A DNA stretch of 11,931 nucleotides from Candidatus Zixiibacteriota bacterium. Its GTDB lineage: Bacteria; Zixibacteria; MSB-5A5; GN15; FEB-12. The first letter of the stretch is position 1. The number at the start of each line of letters is the position of its first letter. Below are positions 1 to 7,089 of this stretch, in pieces. The position numbers and the translations under genes are program-made. The notes under the pieces were generated by a model that saw only the letters and a list, made by a program, of their open reading frames with translations, was not told where the DNA came from and searched no databases. The stretch covers positions 1-11,931 of the forward strand of contig JBGSIV010000060.1 of assembly GCA_041742355.1 (NCBI GenBank), written 5' to 3'.

Positions 1-1
1 G

Positions 2-1648
2 CTCGGCCAGGAAATCGATGGGTACCTCAACGGAATTACGCCCTTCGGGTTTTCGGGAACGGTTCTCATTGCGAGAGATGGGAAAGTGATTCTCAACAAG
101 GGGTACGGACTGGCAATCGACAGCCCCGCCGTACGCAACACGGCGAGCACGATTCTGAGCTGCGGTTCGGTGACGAAGCAGTTCACGGCAGCGGCCATCA
201 TGAAGCTGCAGATGCAGGGGAAGTTGAAGACGAGCGACTCGCTGGCATTGTTCTTTGACGACGTCCCCGTCGATAAGCGGGGAATCACGCTACGCCAACT
301 GCTCAGCCACACAGCCGGCCTGATCGATTTCACAGGCGAGGACTATGGTCCGATGGAGCGCGACGATGCTGTCCGAAAGGCACTCGGGGAACCGCTCCGC
401 TTCCTCCCCGGCACTGACTACGCGTACAGCAACGCCGGTTACTCGGTGCTGGCGGCAGTGATTGAACGGGTGTCGGGAGAAGGGTACGAGGATTTCCTGT
501 ACGAAAACCTCTTTGCCCCGGCGGGCATAACGGTTACCGGCTACCGCCGGCCGAACTGGGAGGATCGTGTTGTTGCGCACTGGTACGCCGGGGAGCGCGA
601 TTTCGGGACGCCTCTGGAGAAACCTTACCCTTCATGGAATCTTGTCGGCAATGGCGATATGCTGAGCACGACCGCCGATATGTTTCGCTGGCACCTGGCG
701 CTGGCAAACGGGAGTATACTCGATTCGGCAGCGATGAGGGAGATGTACGCGCCAGTGGTCGATGACTACGGCTACGGTTGGCGCGTGGTCGATTCTCCGT
801 GGGGGCGACTGGCCGGTCATGGTGGCGGGAGCGATTTCGGCTCGAGCTGCCAGTTCTGGCGGGGCCTCGATTCCAGCCTCGCGATCGTTGTCTTCTGCAA
901 CAGAGATTACGGGAGCGAAGCGCTTGCCGGCATCATTTGGGAGAACCTGCGGCTGATACTGACCGGAGCCTCTGTCGAAGTCCCGCCAGCGGTGATGAAT
1001 GGAGCGGCAATCCACCCGGGATCCATCGCCGGCAATTATCGCCTCGACAGCGGGGCAGAATTGGCTGTTGCAGCGGCCCCTGGCTCAGTTATAATGACCG
1101 GAACCGATCAGCGAGTAATTGATCTGCTCTGCTTCCCGGGAATCGTCTCGGCCGACAGCCATGCTGTGCTGAATCGGCTGGCAGCCGAGGCGGCAAACGC
1201 TGCCATCAAGGGGAATTGGGAGCCGCTGCGCAGCCTCCTTAGTGATCGGGAGCGCCGGTTCCTCCGCATCAAGGCATTCGTCGAAGCTGTGCTCTCATCA
1301 GAGTCAATTGACTTTGGCGCGGTTCTCTCCGCGCGATCAGTCGGCACGTTCCCATCGAATTATAGGTCCGCGTTAGTCGAGACAATTGTCACTGTTGACT
1401 TCGAGCGGGGGAGTAGAGGATTCCGGCTGATTTGGGAGGACAATCAGGTTGTAGGCCTTGGCCTTGCCGATGGAGCCCGGTCGATTCGGCTCCTGTTTCT
1501 TCCGGATGCATCTGATCAATTGATCGGGTATCACCTCGCTGACGGGAAAGTCGTGCGGGCGCGATTGAGCCGGGGAGCCGACGGCCGGGTTGAAGGGCTC
1601 GTCTTTGAGAGTGGCATCAGCCCGATTCGGGCGACACGGGTACAATAG
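2..1648 (+). CDS. Serine hydrolase, beta-lactamase/AmpC-like (PBP/class C) family with C-terminal extension; 5'-truncated by the window edge
   Basis: The frame is open from position 2 (LGQEIDGYLNGITPFGFSGTVLIARDGKVILNKGYG), so the GTG at 86 is internal. It has SxxK (GSVTKQF), LLSHTAG, YxN (YAYSNAGY) and HGG motifs typical of the family, followed by ~220 aa of extra C-terminal sequence. Substrate unknown. Confidence 0.88.
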   Translation, partial: LGQEIDGYLNGITPFGFSGTVLIARDGKVILNKGYGLAIDSPAVRNTASTILSCGSVTKQFTAAAIMKLQMQGKLKTSDSLALFFDDVPVDKRGITLRQLLSHTAGLIDFTGEDYGPMERDDAVRKALGEPLRFLPGTDYAYSNAGYSVLAAVIERVSGEGYEDFLYENLFAPAGITVTGYRRPNWEDRVVAHWYAGERDFGTPLEKPYPSWNLVGNGDMLSTTADMFRWHLALANGSILDSAAMREMYAPVVDDYGYGWRVVDSPWGRLAGHGGGSDFGSSCQFWRGLDSSLAIVVFCNRDYGSEALAGIIWENLRLILTGASVEVPPAVMNGAAIHPGSIAGNYRLDSGAELAVAAAPGSVIMTGTDQRVIDLLCFPGIVSADSHAVLNRLAAEAANAAIKGNWEPLRSLLSDRERRFLRIKAFVEAVLSSESIDFGAVLSARSVGTFPSNYRSALVETIVTVDFERGSRGFRLIWEDNQVVGLGLADGARSIRLLFLPDASDQLIGYHLADGKVVRARLSRGADGRVEGLVFESGISPIRATRVQ

Positions 1649-1669
1649 GGGATGACCGGCCATTTTACC

Positions 1670-1700
1670 TTGACACCCAACAGACCCGCGCCTATATAGT
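1670..1700 (+). promoter_or_regulatory. Putative sigma70-type promoter for the ROK kinase/membrane protein genes
   Basis: Perfect TTGACA at 1670-1675, then TATATA at 1693-1698 (17-bp spacer) overlapping TATAGT at 1695-1700 (19-bp spacer), in an intergenic position in GC-rich DNA. Confidence 0.7.
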
Positions 1701-1832
1701 GGCGTTTTTGTCTAAGAGAGCGGTCCACTGCGGACGATGGCGCCGGTCGGCTGATACAGATCCCGGTTGCCCGGCGGTCCGAGGAGAAATCACGGTACCA
1801 ATGCGTACCTGACGACGGAAGACTTCGATTTA

Positions 1833-2804
1833 ATGGCTGATACGAGCGTTTACGCCGGCATAGATATTGGGGGCACGACGGTCAAGTTTGGTTTGGTCGA
1901 TGCCTCGGGGCGGGTAATTCACCGCGAACAGCGCCCGACAATGGCTGAAAAGGGCCCGATTCCTCTTATGCACCTCGTCACCAACATAGGTGAACGCCTT
2001 CTGTACTTCGCGGCCGAAGAAGACCACGATGTTCGTCATCTCGGCGTGGGCACGCCTGGGGCAGTGGATTTTCGGACGGGACAGGTTGTCGGCCCCTGCC
2101 CGAACATTCCCGGCTGGCAGGGAATGGAGATCGGACGGAACCTGCGGGAGCGCCTGAATGTGCCGGTTTTTGTCGACAACGATGTCAATTCGATGGCTCT
2201 GGCGGAGTCCCATTTCGGTGCGGCCCATGGCGCAGGTTCGGTGCTCTGCGTCACCGTGGGTACTGGAGTCGGCGGGGCTATCGTTTTCGGTGGCCGGGTC
2301 TGGCGTGGATCGAGTTGGTCGGCTGGTGAGGTTGGGCACATGAGCATCAATTTTGACGCGTCATTCAAGCATGGCGGCATACCCGGCAGCATCGAAGGTT
2401 ACTGCTCTTCGGCAGCGATTCTGAGCCGCCTGCGCGCCCATCTTGAGCGGGAGATGACCCCCGGATTCGACTCGGTTCTCGAAGGGTGTCTGGACAACCT
2501 GAATATACGAAAGATCTTTGCCGCGATCAGAAAGGGGGATGACCTCGCCCGACAGGTGCTCCACGAGACGGCCGGATACCTAGGAATCGGCCTGGCCGGG
2601 GTCGTCAACCTGCTGAACCCCGAAATTATCGTCATTGGCGGGGGGATTGCCGAAGGAGGGGGAGGATTTATTGAGGCAGTCGGTGCGAAAATACGGGAAC
2701 TGGCCTTCAATTCCGCCGTAGAGAAGCTCAAAGTGGTCAAGGCAGCTCTGGGCAATGACGCCGGGTTTATCGGCGCCGGTCTGCTCGGCGAGTATGCCGC
2801 CTGA
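1833..2804 (+). CDS. ROK-family sugar kinase (glucokinase-like)
   Basis: N-terminal ATP-binding GIDIGGT, then GVGTPG, VDNDVN, TVGTGVGGAIV, GEVGH, NLLNPEIIVIGGG and LGNDAGFIGA. There is no N-terminal HTH, so it is a kinase rather than a repressor. ATG 1833 (MADTSVYAGIDIGG) is preferred to the TTG at 1767. Confidence 0.9.
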   Translation: MADTSVYAGIDIGGTTVKFGLVDASGRVIHREQRPTMAEKGPIPLMHLVTNIGERLLYFAAEEDHDVRHLGVGTPGAVDFRTGQVVGPCPNIPGWQGMEIGRNLRERLNVPVFVDNDVNSMALAESHFGAAHGAGSVLCVTVGTGVGGAIVFGGRVWRGSSWSAGEVGHMSINFDASFKHGGIPGSIEGYCSSAAILSRLRAHLEREMTPGFDSVLEGCLDNLNIRKIFAAIRKGDDLARQVLHETAGYLGIGLAGVVNLLNPEIIVIGGGIAEGGGGFIEAVGAKIRELAFNSAVEKLKVVKAALGNDAGFIGAGLLGEYAA

Positions 2805-2819
2805 TATCGGAAAGGTAGT

Positions 2820-3197
2820 ATGTCAGAAGTCAAGAACTCAACCGGTCCTCTTACCTTCCGCCTCTCCTACTGGTGGGCCTTCGGATTTGCGGCCGTGTTT
2901 CTGCTCTATGGCGCCGTCACCCTCGTGCTCGGCTTTCTCGATCGCCAATATGGCAGCCTTGCCGAACCGGTCGGCTTTCTCCTCATTGGAGTGCTTCTGG
3001 TCACCTTCGCCTACGGGCTGCGCAACCGTCAGGGTTGGGGGTGGTACGGCGAACTTGCCGTGAACGGACTCGTCGTCGTTCTGGCGATCATCGGTTTTCG
3101 CCACTACGCGAACCTGATTATTTTGGTGCTGGCGGCTGTCGCCATTTGGCTCCTTCTCGCGGGGGAAACCAAGCGCTATTTGTTCAACGGGCGCTAA
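2820..3197 (+). CDS. Small integral membrane protein (about 4 TM helices), function unknown
   Basis: 125 aa with four hydrophobic stretches. SD-like GGAAAGG precedes the ATG, 15 bp after the ROK stop, so it is probably co-transcribed. Confidence 0.75.
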   Translation: MSEVKNSTGPLTFRLSYWWAFGFAAVFLLYGAVTLVLGFLDRQYGSLAEPVGFLLIGVLLVTFAYGLRNRQGWGWYGELAVNGLVVVLAIIGFRHYANLIILVLAAVAIWLLLAGETKRYLFNGR

Positions 3198-3205
3198 GTT
3201 TGGGG

Positions 3206-3233
3206 TTGACAGAGGTCGAAAAGAAGGTAAATT
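3206..3233 (+). promoter_or_regulatory. Putative sigma70-type promoter of tRNA-Phe
   Basis: TTGACA at 3206-3211, 16-bp spacer, TAAATT at 3228-3233, 23 bp upstream of the tRNA 5' end. Confidence 0.75.
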
Positions 3234-3256
3234 TCACGGTCTGAACAGAATATCAC

Positions 3257-3329
<73 letters not shown>

Positions 3330-3336
3330 TTTTTTC

Positions 3337-3364
3337 AAGCGAGGGTAACACCTCGTTTTTTTTT
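3337..3364 (+). terminator. Intrinsic (Rho-independent) terminator after tRNA-Phe
   Basis: Hairpin AAGCGAGG-GTAACA-CCTCGTTT running into a 9-T tract (3356-3364). Confidence 0.85.
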
Positions 3365-3424
3365 GTTGTTTCTCCTCGTGTGGGGTGGTACCAAGGAGAA
3401 GAAGGCGAAAGACTCACCTCAGCT

Positions 3425-4492
3425 ATGGCCAATACGAATTTCCAGCGCACTATCTATGTTACCGGGGGAGCAGGTTTTATCGGGTCAAATCTGCTTCTGC
3501 AGCTTGTTCCAAAGTACCCCAGGTATCTTTGGGTTAACCTCGACTGCCTCACCTACGCGGGCAACCTGTCCAATCTCCGCGCTATAGAGAAGGCCCCAAA
3601 CTACCGCTTCGAGCGAGTCGACATTACCGATTTCGATAGCCTCGCGGCTGCATTCGCCCACCACGATCCGGACGGCATCATTCACCTGGCCGCCGAATCC
3701 CATGTCGACCGCTCGATCACGGGGCCGTCGACGTTCGTCCAAACCAACATCGTTGGGACGTTTAATCTTCTGGAGTTGGCGCGCAAAAAGGCCCAGCGCA
3801 ACGGAACCGATGCCATCCGCTTCCACCATGTATCGACTGATGAAGTTTTCGGCTCTCTTGGACCAACCGGCTTCTTCACCGAGGAGACCCCTTACCGTCC
3901 CAACTCCCCGTACTCGGCTTCGAAAGCATCGAGCGACCACCTGGTCCGCTCTTACCGTGAAACCTACGGCCTCAATGTTGTCACAACCAACTGCTCGAAC
4001 AACTACGGGCCGTTCCAATTCCCGGAGAAACTCATCCCGCTCATGATCCGTAATGCGATGGAGGGGCTGCCCCTGCCGGTATACGGCGACGGGCGAAATG
4101 TCCGGGACTGGCTCTATGTCGAAGATCACTGCCGCGCGCTCGACCTCGTGTTTCACGAGGGACAGGCCGGAGAAACCTACAATGTCGGCGGACACAACGA
4201 AATCGAGAATATCGAGTTGGTGCGGCTAATCTGCCGGACGATGGACGATCTCCTCGGCGGGGGCCCCAGCGAGGGATTGATCACGTTTGTGACCGACCGA
4301 CTGGGACATGACCGGCGGTATGCCATAAACGCTTCGAAGATCGAACGGACGCTCGGCTGGCGGCCGTCGGTGACGTTTGCCGAAGGCCTGCGCCGCACGA
4401 TTCAGTGGTACCTGGACAACCCGGAATGGCTGGCCGACTGCATTACGGGCCAGTACCTGAAATACTATGAGGACATGTATGCCGGACGCTGA
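3425..4492 (+). CDS. rfbB: dTDP-glucose 4,6-dehydratase
   Basis: [66 protein letters not shown] and [10 protein letters not shown]. The start is moved to ATG 3425 because the ORF-track start at 3272 lies inside the tRNA. Confidence 0.96.
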   Translation: MANTNFQRTIYVTGGAGFIGSNLLLQLVPKYPRYLWVNLDCLTYAGNLSNLRAIEKAPNYRFERVDITDFDSLAAAFAHHDPDGIIHLAAESHVDRSITGPSTFVQTNIVGTFNLLELARKKAQRNGTDAIRFHHVSTDEVFGSLGPTGFFTEETPYRPNSPYSASKASSDHLVRSYRETYGLNVVTTNCSNNYGPFQFPEKLIPLMIRNAMEGLPLPVYGDGRNVRDWLYVEDHCRALDLVFHEGQAGETYNVGGHNEIENIELVRLICRTMDDLLGGGPSEGLITFVTDRLGHDRRYAINASKIERTLGWRPSVTFAEGLRRTIQWYLDNPEWLADCITGQYLKYYEDMYAGR

Positions 4493-4504
4493 CATGGAGA
4501 CACG

Positions 4505-5392
4505 ATGAGAACGGGAGTTCGCAAGGGAATCATCTTGGCGGGTGGCGCAGGATCGCGGCTGTACCCGGTTACGCAGGTGGCATGCAAGCAGCTTATGCCA
4601 ATTTATGACAAGCCGATGATCTACTACCCGCTGTCCACCCTCATGCTGTTTGGTGTGACCGAGATCCTGATCATCTCGACTCCGCTCGATACCCCCAAAT
4701 TCCGGGATCTTCTCGGCGACGGCCGCAATCTCGGGATCTCTATCGATTACAAAGTGCAGGAACGCCCGGAAGGGATCGCCCAGGCATTTATCCTCGGCGA
4801 AGAGTTTATCGGCGACGATAATGTATCGCTCATTCTCGGTGACAACGTCTTCTACGGCGTGTATGATTTCCTGCGTGGAGTGCGCGCGTTTACCGGTGGG
4901 GCAGTAGTCTTCGGTTACTACGTGAAGGATCCCCAGCGGTATGGCGTGGTCGAATTCGACCATGAGGGGAACGCGCTGACTATCGAGGAAAAGCCAGCGG
5001 TTCCGAAGTCCAACTATGCGGTCACCGGGCTCTACCTTTACGATTCCGACGTTGTGAAGATCGCAAAGTCGCTCGTGCCATCGCCTCGGGGTGAACTAGA
5101 GATCACTGACGTCAACAACTGCTACCTCAGGCAGGGTCGGTTGAAGGTCGTCAAGCTCGGCAGGGGAATCGCCTGGCTTGACACCGGAACGCACGAAAGC
5201 CTGCTCGATGCCGGCAATTTCATCGCGACGATCGAGAAGCGCCAGGGGCAGAAGATCGCCTGCGTTGAGGAAATTGCCTACCGCATGCGTTATATCAACC
5301 GCAGCCAGATGGACGCGCTGCTCAGTTTAATTCCCGATAACTCGTACAAGCAGTACCTCCGCGAGGTTGTGCGCGAGGTGAATGGTGAATGA
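4505..5392 (+). CDS. rfbA: Glucose-1-phosphate thymidylyltransferase
   Basis: [56 protein letters not shown] and [16 protein letters not shown] upstream. Confidence 0.97.
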   Translation: MRTGVRKGIILAGGAGSRLYPVTQVACKQLMPIYDKPMIYYPLSTLMLFGVTEILIISTPLDTPKFRDLLGDGRNLGISIDYKVQERPEGIAQAFILGEEFIGDDNVSLILGDNVFYGVYDFLRGVRAFTGGAVVFGYYVKDPQRYGVVEFDHEGNALTIEEKPAVPKSNYAVTGLYLYDSDVVKIAKSLVPSPRGELEITDVNNCYLRQGRLKVVKLGRGIAWLDTGTHESLLDAGNFIATIEKRQGQKIACVEEIAYRMRYINRSQMDALLSLIPDNSYKQYLREVVREVNGE

Positions 5393-6281
5393 CAGGATTC
5401 TCGTTACCGGCGCAAGGGGTCAGTTGGGAACCGATCTGGTCGAGATACTCAGCCCACGTTATTCTGTGGTTGGCGTCGATGTCGACCAGTTCGATATCAC
5501 CAACCCCGATCACGTCCGTGAAATGATCGGAATCCATACACCAAATGTCGTTCTCCATACCGCTGCGTTCACCGAGGTCGATCGGTGCGAGGCGGAGCCT
5601 GATCGGGCGATGCTGGTGAATGCCCGGGCGGTGGAGTACATCGCCCACTACTGCCGCAAGGCCGGCGCCCGGTTGATCTTCTATTCGACTGACTACGTCT
5701 TCGATGGCGCCCAGCAGACGCCGTACGTGGAATCGGATTCGCCCGATCCGAAGACCGTCTACGGGCGCAGCAAGCTGGAGGGAGAAGGGCACGTGAAGGC
5801 GGTGCTCGACAGTTACACAATCCTTCGCCTGGCGTGGGTTTACGGTCGCTACGGCCACAATTTCGTCAAGACGATGATCCGGTTGGGTCAGGAGCAGCTG
5901 CGAAGAAGGGAGCGGGGAGAGGTGGTTGAACCGATCCGTGTGGTCAACGACCAGATCGGGAATCCAAGCTGGACGTTTGACATCGCGCGCCAGACGGAGG
6001 TCTTTCTGGCACGTCCGCAGACGGGCCTGTTTCACTGCACGGCGGAAGGAGAATGCTCCTGGTACGACTTTGCGGTGAGTATCTTCACCGAGTTGGGCAT
6101 GCCGGTGGAGGTCGCTCCGTGCACGACCGCCCAGTTTCCTCGCCCCGCGCCGCGCCCGGCCAACTCTTCACTCGAGAACGCGGAATTGAAGCGCCTCGGG
6201 GGAAATATCATGCGCCACTGGCGCGAGGCTCTCGCCGAGTTCCTTTCCGCTCAAGAAGAAGGGTTGCTCCATGCAGTGTGA
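5382..6281 (+). CDS. rfbD: dTDP-4-dehydrorhamnose reductase
   Basis: [36 protein letters not shown] and PRPAPRP. Overlaps the end of rfbA by 11 nt; GAGG SD upstream. Confidence 0.95.
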   Translation: MVNDRILVTGARGQLGTDLVEILSPRYSVVGVDVDQFDITNPDHVREMIGIHTPNVVLHTAAFTEVDRCEAEPDRAMLVNARAVEYIAHYCRKAGARLIFYSTDYVFDGAQQTPYVESDSPDPKTVYGRSKLEGEGHVKAVLDSYTILRLAWVYGRYGHNFVKTMIRLGQEQLRRRERGEVVEPIRVVNDQIGNPSWTFDIARQTEVFLARPQTGLFHCTAEGECSWYDFAVSIFTELGMPVEVAPCTTAQFPRPAPRPANSSLENAELKRLGGNIMRHWREALAEFLSAQEEGLLHAV

Positions 6282-6741
6282 TATCGAGGGCATCATTATT
6301 CGAGAGCTCAGCCGCTTCGATGACTCCCGGGGCTGGCTGACCGAGCTGTTTCGCCATGATGAACTGCCAAGTGAATTTCATCCTGCTATGAGCTACATTT
6401 CAATGACCCGTCCGGGCATTGCGCGGGGGCCGCACGAGCATATCGAGCAGGCCGATCTGTTCTGCTTTCTGGGACCATCGACGTTCCGGCTCTATCTCTG
6501 GGACAACCGGTTGTCATCGCGAACTCACGGCGTGCATTTCCGGGCAGAGTTCGGTGAGGGGTGCCCTGCACTGGTGATTGTGCCTCCAGGGATTGTCCAC
6601 GCGTACAAAAACGTCGGCACGGTCGACGGCATCGTCTTTAACGCACCTAACCGGCTCTATGCCGGTCAGGGGCGAGTTCACCCGGTCGACGAAATACGCC
6701 ACGAAATGGACCCGGCTTCGCCATTTCGGGTGGATGACTAG
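6271..6741 (+). CDS. rfbC: RmlC-like cupin (dTDP-4-dehydrorhamnose 3,5-epimerase family), short atypical type
   Basis: DDSRGWLTELFR, ARGPHEH and VPPGIVHAY cupin motifs, completing the rmlB-A-D-C set. Overlaps rfbD by 11 nt. Some catalytic positions look non-canonical (see findings). Confidence 0.8.
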   Translation: MQCDIEGIIIRELSRFDDSRGWLTELFRHDELPSEFHPAMSYISMTRPGIARGPHEHIEQADLFCFLGPSTFRLYLWDNRLSSRTHGVHFRAEFGEGCPALVIVPPGIVHAYKNVGTVDGIVFNAPNRLYAGQGRVHPVDEIRHEMDPASPFRVDD

Positions 6742-6790
6742 GTCGCTCACGTGGAATAATCCTCCCGAATACTCCGGAAAATGTTTCCCT

Positions 6791-6856
6791 GAATAGCCCT
6801 GCGTTATGAGGCGATGGCGACGCGGGAGGGGCCTATTCCGTCTTCTATCTTCTTAA
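6791..6856 (+). terminator. Possible terminator/hairpin closing the rml cluster
   Basis: Imperfect stem GAATAG-CCCT-GCGT ... ACGC-AGGG-CTATTC (6791-6838) followed by a pyrimidine-rich tract (TCTTCTATCTTCTT). No clean poly-T. Confidence 0.3.
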
Positions 6857-6888
6857 GTATCAATAGAAGCATGAATCCCTGTTGAATT

Positions 6889-6903
6889 TGGCACGAGTCT
6901 TGT
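6889..6903 (+). promoter_or_regulatory. Putative sigma54 (RpoN) -24/-12 promoter upstream of the pse cluster
   Basis: TGGCACG-AGTC-TTGT versus consensus TGGCACG-N4-TTGC: exact spacing, one mismatch at -12. It is preceded by an AT-rich tract (6841-6888). Confidence 0.6.
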
Positions 6904-7089
6904 TTATGCCGGGAGTGTGACGGGCTCATCGTATGCCCGGACGAGGGATATGGAAAACCAGCAGCACAAAGAGAGCCAAAGTCATTCAAAGTCCGACCGC
7001 GGAGCGTTGTCTCTGCGTGAGGACGCGGTCGGCTGCGTACCCTTGTCGACTCGTACGTCCGACCCAGGACAAACCTCAGGGAAGGCATT

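Noticed and set aside
2..1648. Calling the first gene an antibiotic-resistance beta-lactamase
   Set aside because: The motifs are shared by many esterases and peptidases of this fold. Nothing in the sequence indicates true AmpC activity.
3365..3424. ops/JUMPStart (RfaH) element upstream of the polysaccharide genes
   Set aside because: No GGCGGTAG-type motif found here or in the pse leader.
3485..6035. Long antisense ORFs (3485-4195, 4226-4963, 5322-6035) and other shadow ORFs across the window
   Set aside because: They lie opposite well-conserved genes, have no recognisable motifs, and are expected from codon bias in GC-rich DNA.
6950..7000. Superficial resemblance of GGAAAACC...CAAAG to a c-di-GMP-I riboswitch
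   Set aside because: The P2 stem, GNRA tetraloop and receptor cannot be formed from this sequence.
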